This document shows, one piece after another, positions 15,684-23,018 of a DNA stretch of 64,000 nt (its first letter is position 1; the number at the start of each line of letters is the position of its first letter). Position numbers and translations under genes: made by a program. The stretch lies in IMG/VR virus record IMGVR_UViG_3300023296_000874, positions 62,001-126,000 of that record, one strand, 5' to 3'. The notes under the pieces were generated by a model. It was given only the letters and a program-made list of their open reading frames with translations. It was not told the DNA's origin and did no database searches.

Positions 15684-17963
15684 CGCAGGCGTCTCGGGAA
15701 GAGGGTTGTAGTCCCCTATGGCGTTGCACACGAAGTCGCAGTGCTCGCTCCACTTCTTGCAAGCGTAGAAGGCCTTCTTCTTTTTCTTGCTGTACCGCTC
15801 CACCACGAAGTCTTCACACTTCGGGCAGATGCCACATGGAACCGGGTGCGTACCACGGCAGCCTTCGCCAGTACACTTCAGGTACTCGCCGTAGCGTCCC
15901 GTCGTCTTGACCATCGGATCTTCACACTTGTCACACACGATGCCTGGATAGATCTCGTCAGGCACAACCTCGACGTTCGGGTCAACCCATGAGGCCTTCC
16001 CCTTGCACTTCGTCTCCTTGTACTTGGTGCATCCCCACCAGTTGCCCCACTTACCCGCCTTGAGCTCCATTGGAGCCTCGCACTTCGGGCACTCAGGGAT
16101 CTCAACTCCCTCGCCAACCTCAGGAGGTGGCTCAGGGACGTGGATCTGAGGGAGGCCGTTGGCGTCACGGAGCAGAACTCCGGCGTCATCAGTCAGGCAG
16201 GTAGTCTTGCAGTCCGGGTACTGGTCGCATGTGTACCAGAAGCTTTCACCACCGGTCTCAGGCTTCTTGAGGATGTACCCGACGCCGCACGCTGGGCACT
16301 TGTCCTCAGTGCGGAAGAGGAACTTGGCGTCACCCTCGCGGGCTCCCTTGAGGTCCGCCTTGAAGGGTGTGTACCACTCCTCGAGCACGCTGACGTAGGT
16401 GGCGCTTCCGGCAGCCACTTCATCGAGCTTGTCTTCCATCTCAGCGGTGAAGGTGGGGTCAACCAGCTTCGGGAAGAAGGTCACCATGTAGTCGAACACC
16501 ATCTTGCCGAGGTCTGTCGCCTGGAAAGAGCGTCCGGCCTTGACGGCGAACTTGCGGGTCAGGAGCGTCTTGAGGGTGGACGCGTAGGTAGCGGGTCGCC
16601 CAACTCCGTCGCTCTCCATCTTCTTCACCAGCGAGGCGTCGCTGTATCGGCCCGGAGGCTGGGTGAACTTCTGCTCCAGCTCGATGTCGGTGAAGGGAAT
16701 CTCGTCGCCTTCGTTGATGTCAGGGAGGATCACGTCCGCCGTACCGGAGCCGTACACCTTCAGGAAGCCGTCGAACAGCATCTTGGAGCCGTTGAGCTTG
16801 AAGTTGACGGGCAGCTTGGTGTCGATGCTCACAAGCTCAACCCGGAGCTGCTCGAAGACGGCGTCTGCCATCTGAGATGCCCAGTAGCGGTTGCGGATGA
16901 GCTCGAACAGTCTGAACTGGTCACCGGTCAATGCGCCGGGGTCTTCACCCGTGGGGCGAATGGCCTCGTGAGCCTCCTGGCTGGCCTTCTTGTTCTTGTA
17001 CTTGTTCTCCGAGTCGGAGATGTGGTCCTTGCCTTGAGCCTTCTCAAGCTCGTCCCTCATGGCAGCCATCTTCTCCTTGTCGATGGAGGTGCTGTCTGTA
17101 CGGTGGTAGGTGATGACGCCCGCTTCGAAGATCTTCTGCGCGGTGATCATCGTCTTGTCGACGCTCCAGCCGAGCATGTTGTTCCCGGCCTGCTGAAGGG
17201 TCGCGGTGGTGAAGGGAGCGGCGGGCTTGCGCCTACGCTCTGAACGCTTCACGCTCGACACACGGAGCTTCTTGCAGCTCTCGTTCATGAGCTGCCGGAT
17301 GCCTTGAGAGGTCTTCGCCGTGCGAATGGTCTTCGCCTTGTTGTTGACGCCGTACAGCCGAGGCTTGTAGCCGTCGCACACTGCGTCAATCAGCCAGTAC
17401 TCCTCAGGGATGAAGGCTTCGATCTCCCTCTCCCTATCGACAACGTACTTGAGCGCCACGCTCTGCACACGTCCGGCTGAGGCACCGGCAATGCCCTTAC
17501 GCCACATGATAGGGCTGACACGGTAGCCGACAAGGCGGTCAATCACGCGCCTGCCCTGCTGAGCCTCGAACAGGTTGTTGTCGATCTCACCCGGATCAGC
17601 GATGGCTGCGAGTACGGCAGGCTTCGTGATGGAGTGGAACAGGACGCGGTGGACGGTCTTCCCGCGCTTGGGAAGCTTGGAGGCGATGTGTACGGCAATA
17701 GCCTCGCCTTCACGGTCGGGGTCAAGAGCGAGATAGATGATCTCGTGCTTCTTGGCCTCATCGACAATCGCCTTGATCGTACCACCTTTGCCACTGATGA
17801 CTTCGTAGGTGGGATCGTAGGTCTTGCTACGGGTGTTGACTCCGACCTTCTTGGGCGGAAGATCAATCACATGGCCCTTGGTTGCCATGATCTTGAAACT
17901 CCCGCCCAAGATGGAACTGAGCTTGCGGATTTTGTTCGGGCTTTCGATGATTACGAGCGGCAC
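15678..17963 (-). CDS. topA: DNA topoisomerase I (type IA) with C-terminal zinc ribbons
   Basis: LVIIESPNK, DPDREGEAIA, SAGRVQS, ITYHRTDS (catalytic Tyr), QEAHEAIRPT, GVGRPATYA; four C4 zinc ribbons. Confidence 0.97.
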   Translation of the reverse strand: MPLVIIESPNKIRKLSSILGGSFKIMATKGHVIDLPPKKVGVNTRSKTYDPTYEVISGKGGTIKAIVDEAKKHEIIYLALDPDREGEAIAVHIASKLPKRGKTVHRVLFHSITKPAVLAAIADPGEIDNNLFEAQQGRRVIDRLVGYRVSPIMWRKGIAGASAGRVQSVALKYVVDREREIEAFIPEEYWLIDAVCDGYKPRLYGVNNKAKTIRTAKTSQGIRQLMNESCKKLRVSSVKRSERRRKPAAPFTTATLQQAGNNMLGWSVDKTMITAQKIFEAGVITYHRTDSTSIDKEKMAAMRDELEKAQGKDHISDSENKYKNKKASQEAHEAIRPTGEDPGALTGDQFRLFELIRNRYWASQMADAVFEQLRVELVSIDTKLPVNFKLNGSKMLFDGFLKVYGSGTADVILPDINEGDEIPFTDIELEQKFTQPPGRYSDASLVKKMESDGVGRPATYASTLKTLLTRKFAVKAGRSFQATDLGKMVFDYMVTFFPKLVDPTFTAEMEDKLDEVAAGSATYVSVLEEWYTPFKADLKGAREGDAKFLFRTEDKCPACGVGYILKKPETGGESFWYTCDQYPDCKTTCLTDDAGVLLRDANGLPQIHVPEPPPEVGEGVEIPECPKCEAPMELKAGKWGNWWGCTKYKETKCKGKASWVDPNVEVVPDEIYPGIVCDKCEDPMVKTTGRYGEYLKCTGEGCRGTHPVPCGICPKCEDFVVERYSKKKKKAFYACKKWSEHCDFVCNAIGDYNPLPETPAT

Positions 17964-18025
17964 AGGTATTCCTCCATCGCTCCATCAAATGCCAAAATCA
18001 AGCCCGCAGTAGCGAACTCAACTTC

Positions 18026-18316
18026 TCAGCGACGGCCGTTCACCTTGTCGGCCATGAGGTTCGAGCTCTTGTAGGTGACCTTCAGGTAGGGCTCGACGTA
18101 GCTCTTCTCACCCGTGCGCGGGTTGCGGGCCTGGCGGTCGCCCTTCTTGACGGAGCGGAAGGTACCGAGGCCGGTGACGGTCACAGCGCCTCCCTCTTCG
18201 TTGAGCTCACCCTGCAGGGAGCCGACGAAGCCCTTCAGGGCTTCACGCACCTGGGCGTCGTTGAGGTTGGTGGAGCCGACGATGTCAGCGACGAGGGTAT
18301 TCATGGTAAGTGCCAT
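18026..18316 (-). CDS. HU/IHF-family DNA-binding protein
   Basis: VTVTGLGTF....R.ARNPRTGE. Confidence 0.9.
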   Translation of the reverse strand: MALTMNTLVADIVGSTNLNDAQVREALKGFVGSLQGELNEEGGAVTVTGLGTFRSVKKGDRQARNPRTGEKSYVEPYLKVTYKSSNLMADKVNGRR

Positions 18317-18426
18317 GTTGGAATCTCCAGATTCGTTGTCTGTTAAGTACTCAGGCCCGTACCTTGGACCACATCACTCAGACACCGGAATCATGCAGAA
18401 ACCTAAAATCTACACCTCGAACTCGC

Positions 18427-19251
18427 TTAGAAAGCCACGGCGGTCACCCCATCAAGGATGAAAGCGTAGCGGAAGGTCAACCCTACCACTGCTGGGTCCC
18501 CAGGCCGCTCAGGGTCCTGGCTTTGTACGCTCGGTCCGTCCATGCAAAGCCACCCCAATCCATCCACTATAGTCACAGGACACCCTACCAGCGAGACAGT
18601 GCGAATGCCTCGATACATATCGAGACCCGTACCAAGGTTCGATAGGTCTTGCACCTCACGAACCATCAGGGCGTTGAGCAGTCCGGGGTCGCCTACGACG
18701 CGTGCTCGGTCGTGGTCGCGAATGTTCATCCAGGCCTCGTTGAAGGTGCCGGGGACGGAGATTGCGGTGAGCTGCTCGTAGTATGCCTCCTCAAGCTCCC
18801 TGTCCATCATAGAGCGCGCCAGGCTGAGTGCTCTGTCGATCGCCTCCATGCTTCGGTCACGTCGCACTTCATCGGTGATCTCTACTGGGATGGTGCGGGT
18901 GATGACCGGGGTCACTACGCGCTCACTGCTTTCGTCAGTGAGGACGCGGTGGGTGATGAACTCCTGCTCCAGAGGGGAGATGTTCCGGACCATGATGTTG
19001 GTCAGGACGGGAGACCGTGACTGTTCGGTGTTGCCCGACCACACGCTCTGGTCTTCGTGGAGGTAGTCTGCTACCTCAGCCGTGAAGCTACCGCTGGTCC
19101 CGCCGCTGAAGTCAGCCGCGTCGTCGTAGTAGGCTACGAGGTTGGACTGCCCTCGAAGCCGTGAGCTTGGCTCCGGTGGTGTTGGAGCTTTGGGTGGTTG
19201 TGGCGGTGGTTGCCACACTCCCAGCAGTAGTTCAAGCTTCGGATGTGCCAT
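18427..19251 (-). CDS. hypothetical protein
   Basis: 274-aa ORF with ACGGAG RBS; no recognised motif. Confidence 0.55.
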   Translation of the reverse strand: MAHPKLELLLGVWQPPPQPPKAPTPPEPSSRLRGQSNLVAYYDDAADFSGGTSGSFTAEVADYLHEDQSVWSGNTEQSRSPVLTNIMVRNISPLEQEFITHRVLTDESSERVVTPVITRTIPVEITDEVRRDRSMEAIDRALSLARSMMDRELEEAYYEQLTAISVPGTFNEAWMNIRDHDRARVVGDPGLLNALMVREVQDLSNLGTGLDMYRGIRTVSLVGCPVTIVDGLGWLCMDGPSVQSQDPERPGDPAVVGLTFRYAFILDGVTAVAF

Positions 19252-19330
19252 GCTCCGTCAGACAAGCGACAGCCCCCAAAGTCGTGAAACTCAAGGGGCT
19301 GCCGGGGAGGCCTCAAAGGCTTATGGAGGG

Positions 19331-20917
19331 CTATTCCACCTCGAAGCTGTCTCCCGAATCAACCGCGTGGGCAAACCGGGCGCGGACGCCGTCTCCGGTC
19401 TCCTCGTCCTTACCCACCCACTCGATGATTCCTTCGAGCTGCTCGCGCATGGTCACCAGGAGGCTGGGCTTGGCACGCACAGCGTTCACAAGGTCCTCCG
19501 TGCTGAGTCCGCGCTTCCCGTCGGAGTACGCCGTGAAGAGCGCGGAGCCAACCGCACCTTCGATCTCGGAGCCGGAGCGTGTGGGCGAGGCCTGCACGAG
19601 GGCGTCGAGGTCGAAGTCAGCCGGGTCGCGGCCCTTCGCACGGATCTGAATCTCCCAAATCTGCTTCCGCTGGGCTTCCTCGGGGAGGCCCACAAAGAAG
19701 ATCTCGTCGAAGCGCCGGAGCAGTTCGGGCGGGAGCTCCGTGATGTTGTTGGCCGTTGCCATCAGGATCACGTCGTCCTCGCACTCCTGCATCCAGTTGA
19801 GGAAGGTACCGATCACGCGGGCGGTGGTGCCGGAGTCGCTGAAGGAGCTGCTCTGCATACCCGCGAGGCCCTTCTCAATCTCGTCGATCCACACGATGCA
19901 CGGAGCCATGCTCTCCATCGTGTTGAGCGCGCGCCGCATGTTGCTCTCGCTCTGTCCAACCTGCCCGCCGAAGAGGCGTGCGGGGTCGAACTTGATGAGC
20001 GGCAGTCCGTAGCGGGAGGCGATGGCCTTGCAGATGAGGCTCTTGCCGTTGCCGGGGAGGCCAACCTGCATGACGCCCTTGAAGCGCGGCAGTCCGTAGT
20101 CCTTGGCTTCCTGGAGCCAGGAGCCGTTGCGCTCGTCGAGGTACTTCTTGAGGGCACCCATGCCGCCCACGTCCTCGAAGGTGAGGTTGGGGTTCACCAG
20201 TTCGAGCAGCGGGTTCTTCTTGATCACCTCGCGCTTGGCGAGGCGAACGTGGGCTGCGGTCAGCATCTTGAACTGAGCCAGCGAAGCGAGGGCGCACTGC
20301 TCGGCCTCGTAGTGGGTCATGCCCGCCATGGCCTCAGCCACATCCTGCGTGTTCACAGGCCCCTTCAGCCGTCGGCTGAGGTGGTCGGAGCTGAGGATGC
20401 CGTCGAGCATCGCCTTGTGGTCGGCCACCGTCGGGAGGTCGAAGTACACAACACGGAACATGCGCTCCATGCCAGCGGGGATCTGGAGGGTGTGCCCCAC
20501 GAAGATCAGGCTCTTGAAGGCCTGCCGGTTCATCTGGCACTGTTCGGCGAGGTCCTCGAGGCGGCGGCTCAGCATCGGGTCACGCCCGCTGAGGATCGTC
20601 TTCTCGGCCCCGAGCATCACCGTGTAGAGGCGTCCGTCGGGGGTCGGCTCGGTCAGGAGCCCGGCGAGGAAGGTGTTGGGGTCGCTGGTCGCGGTGTCCA
20701 GTCGGGCACCCGCCACGTTGTCCCAGAAGCCGATGTACTCGGCCAGCGTCTTGCGGCCCAGGCTCTGCTTCCAAACGCGGAAGTCGTGGCGCTTCTTGCT
20801 GGAGTACTCGGTGTGGAGCCACTTCAGGAAGCGTCCGGGCTCGTCAGTCACCACGTAGATGAAAGGAGCCAGGGTGGAAACTACCTGGCGAACTTCGGGA
20901 TTGTCTGTCTTCGGCAT
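19331..20917 (-). CDS. Ycf46-like AAA+ ATPase
   Basis: Degenerate N-terminal AAA module, then TFEDVGGM..LK, Walker A GLPGNGKS, Walker B IVWIDEIEK, ATAN....LPPELLRRFDEIFFV.LP, SGSEIE. Confidence 0.9.
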   Translation of the reverse strand: MPKTDNPEVRQVVSTLAPFIYVVTDEPGRFLKWLHTEYSSKKRHDFRVWKQSLGRKTLAEYIGFWDNVAGARLDTATSDPNTFLAGLLTEPTPDGRLYTVMLGAEKTILSGRDPMLSRRLEDLAEQCQMNRQAFKSLIFVGHTLQIPAGMERMFRVVYFDLPTVADHKAMLDGILSSDHLSRRLKGPVNTQDVAEAMAGMTHYEAEQCALASLAQFKMLTAAHVRLAKREVIKKNPLLELVNPNLTFEDVGGMGALKKYLDERNGSWLQEAKDYGLPRFKGVMQVGLPGNGKSLICKAIASRYGLPLIKFDPARLFGGQVGQSESNMRRALNTMESMAPCIVWIDEIEKGLAGMQSSSFSDSGTTARVIGTFLNWMQECEDDVILMATANNITELPPELLRRFDEIFFVGLPEEAQRKQIWEIQIRAKGRDPADFDLDALVQASPTRSGSEIEGAVGSALFTAYSDGKRGLSTEDLVNAVRAKPSLLVTMREQLEGIIEWVGKDEETGDGVRARFAHAVDSGDSFEVE

Positions 20918-20929
20918 TTTGGAGGCCCT

Positions 20930-21075
20930 CCTGTCGGGGGAGAAACCCGACGTGCCGTGTTGATTGTATGTGTTGTCTGCACTGGCCCAACCCCGTCCCG
21001 CTTGGCTTGCGCCTTGCGGGTACGGGGGAGGGGGTCCTGGTACCGGTCTCCGTCCGCCGCCCGAAGGCGGCTTCA
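20930..21075 (-). other. structured intergenic RNA element (UUCG and GCAA tetraloop hairpins)
   Basis: gccgcc-TTCG-ggcggc (21056-21071); ccccgt.cccgc-aa-ggc-GCAA-gcc-aa-gcggg.acgggg (20991-21027); gtcggg/cccgac hairpin next to the AAA RBS. Confidence 0.5.
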
Positions 21076-21085
21076 GGAGGCAGCA

Positions 21086-21427
21086 TCAGCCAACGGCAAC
21101 CTGCAGCACGATCTCGCCGCGCTCGGTCACCTCGGAGAGAACCGTGTGGCCCTGCATCGCGAGGTTGTAGCGGACGTGGCGGGCCATGGAGTTGCGGTAC
21201 CACTCGCCCACAACGTAGGCGATGTCCGAGTCCATGGAGGACGCCGAGGGGTTGTCGAGGTTCAGCTTGAGGGCGTTGCCGTAGCGGTTGAACTTCCGGT
21301 CGGAGAAGGTCAGGACGGTGTCGCCACCCTCCTTGCTCTCGCTGAACGCGATGCCGCGATCGTTGAGCTCGTCCTTGAGGGAGTCTGCGCTGCCGAAGTG
21401 GCCCTGAACGGTGATCTTGTGGCTCAT
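21086..21427 (-). CDS. DUF1257 (Ycf35)-like protein
   Basis: Begins MSH...L...L..RG, ends Y......A.QG..V.E....GEIVLQV; adjacent to a Ycf46 AAA gene. Confidence 0.6.
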   Translation of the reverse strand: MSHKITVQGHFGSADSLKDELNDRGIAFSESKEGGDTVLTFSDRKFNRYGNALKLNLDNPSASSMDSDIAYVVGEWYRNSMARHVRYNLAMQGHTVLSEVTERGEIVLQVAVG

Positions 21428-21497
21428 GGTGTTGTCCTTGCTCGAGTTAGGGGCTCTTGAAGTCCCCTTGGGTTACGCACTTGTTGTCCACTCCTCT

Positions 21498-21524
21498 AAC
21501 GCTCGTAAACGCGGAGAAGTTAGA
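21498..21524 (-). promoter_or_regulatory. Class A promoter TCTAACT-N16-CGTT
   Basis: tctaact-tctccgcgtttacgag-cgtt. Confidence 0.7.
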
Positions 21525-21536
21525 ATCGAAGTCGGA

Positions 21537-21743
21537 TCAGTTGACGCCGGGGATGCTGAGGCCGACGTTCACGGGCTGCGGGGTTCCCTGCAGCTCATCG
21601 TGGCCGGTCACCTGGCCCAACGAACGGGTGAGGGTGAGGATCTTGGCGCAGGCCTGGGTCTGCTGGGTGCCCTCGGTCTTGAGGTCGGTCGTAACCGTGC
21701 CCTTGTCGCCAATGCGGATCTCGTAGATGCTTCGCTCGCTCAT
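21537..21743 (-). CDS. DUF2997-like small protein
   Basis: 68 aa; I.I...G.V.......G....C...T..LG.V pattern; gene context. Confidence 0.55.
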   Translation of the reverse strand: MSERSIYEIRIGDKGTVTTDLKTEGTQQTQACAKILTLTRSLGQVTGHDELQGTPQPVNVGLSIPGVN

Positions 21744-21805
21744 GTCGTTGTCCTTCTGAAGTCGGTCCGGCTTGCTTGCCGGGCCAGGTTGCTTGCTTCC
21801 CCTCT

Positions 21806-21832
21806 AACGCGCTCACCTCGTGGAGAGTTAGA
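21806..21832 (-). promoter_or_regulatory. Class A promoter TCTAACT-N16-CGTT
   Basis: tctaact-ctccacgaggtgagcg-cgtt. Confidence 0.7.
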
Positions 21833-22223
21833 GAGTTTCTTTTCGCTTTCTAATTCGAACCAGAGTCTGCTCTGCTACCGGACAAGATGGTGTTGTGCTT
21901 CTCGGCGTACCGTCTGCGGATTCCTCAGGAGCTTCGTAGTCGATCGTCAACCCTTCCCCATCAGTCTGGCTTGCTTCTGCTTCAAGAGCCACTCCCTCGG
22001 CGTGGATTTGTTCCACGAGGGCAGTAGGATCGCTGACAGACACGGCGCAGACGCGGAACGAGCACTTGCCGCCCGGCTCAATGTCGAGGCCCCGGATCAC
22101 GGATGACTCAGGGAACACACCCGCGCGGCGCAGTTCATCAGCTCCAAAGCGGTCCAGTAGGAAACGGAGCAGCTCCGTCTCATCGATGGGCACGGTCAGC
22201 TCTACTTTCTGAACATCAGACAT
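21828..22223 (-). CDS. hypothetical protein
   Basis: Coupled ORF in the polA-downstream operon. Confidence 0.55.
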   Translation of the reverse strand: MSDVQKVELTVPIDETELLRFLLDRFGADELRRAGVFPESSVIRGLDIEPGGKCSFRVCAVSVSDPTALVEQIHAEGVALEAEASQTDGEGLTIDYEAPEESADGTPRSTTPSCPVAEQTLVRIRKRKETL

Positions 22224-22527
22224 CTGCGAACACCACTCTGAGTCGGGATTTGATGATGGCTTCCACTTCCCACTTGCCCAGCGTGTACATCAGGCGGGGA
22301 TCGGAACCCAGCCGGTCTTGAACGTACTGAAGCACTTCCACACGGAGGAGCTCGTACTGGTCTGTCGTCAAGACAACGTCGTGGGTCTGATACCGGATTC
22401 GAACTCCAGCACCCTTCCGGTTGCCCGGTGTGGGATGCCCTACCTCGCAGAGGTCTCTGATCAGGGGAATGACGAGGGGTGTCAGCAACGTCTCAATCTG
22501 TAGTAGGTCGAGTGTGGCTGTCATCAC
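22216..22527 (-). CDS. hypothetical protein
   Basis: Overlapping start/stop with both neighbours. Confidence 0.55.
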   Translation of the reverse strand: MMTATLDLLQIETLLTPLVIPLIRDLCEVGHPTPGNRKGAGVRIRYQTHDVVLTTDQYELLRVEVLQYVQDRLGSDPRLMYTLGKWEVEAIIKSRLRVVFADV

Positions 22528-23018
22528 TTCCTCTTCTTGCCGGGGATGCGGATGGTGGCATTCTTGCCCACCTTCGCGTCAATAGCACCCGAAAAGTCCA
22601 CACTCCATGGGTCCTGCTCAGGCGTCTCCCATTCCTTGTGCATGGTCGCAGCGGTAGGCGCTGACCAAGGGTCCTTCGGGCGCTGTGCGGCTTTCTGGGC
22701 CTTGTCGAGGTCATCAACCGCCGCGTCTACCTTTACGGAGGGCTCTACCACTGTGTCGGGGTCTGCGCGGTGTACGATCTCGTCCGGGTAGTTCGACAGC
22801 GGACTGAGTGGTTGTTCAGCCTCGGGATCTACGAACTCAAGGAGGTGCTCGTGTCGCTTGATCTTCGCCTGTGTGGCGTTGTCGGTGTAGCCCGAGCGGA
22901 AACATCGGTTGTTGACGCACCCTTGGGTACAGACGACAGCCACAAACTCGTCGATGTTGACCTTGCTTCCGGGGTTGCATTCCCCCATCAAGTCAACCTG
23001 GCCTCTTAGAGTCCCCAT
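22524..23018 (-). CDS. hypothetical protein with Cys-rich N-terminus
   Basis: C...F...C...C....C cluster; overlaps the polA stop. Confidence 0.6.
   Translation of the reverse strand: MGTLRGQVDLMGECNPGSKVNIDEFVAVVCTQGCVNNRCFRSGYTDNATQAKIKRHEHLLEFVDPEAEQPLSPLSNYPDEIVHRADPDTVVEPSVKVDAAVDDLDKAQKAAQRPKDPWSAPTAATMHKEWETPEQDPWSVDFSGAIDAKVGKNATIRIPGKKRK

Noticed and set aside
19142-21460. 772-aa plus-strand ORF
   Set aside because: Antisense to the clearly identifiable AAA and DUF1257-like genes; shadow ORF.
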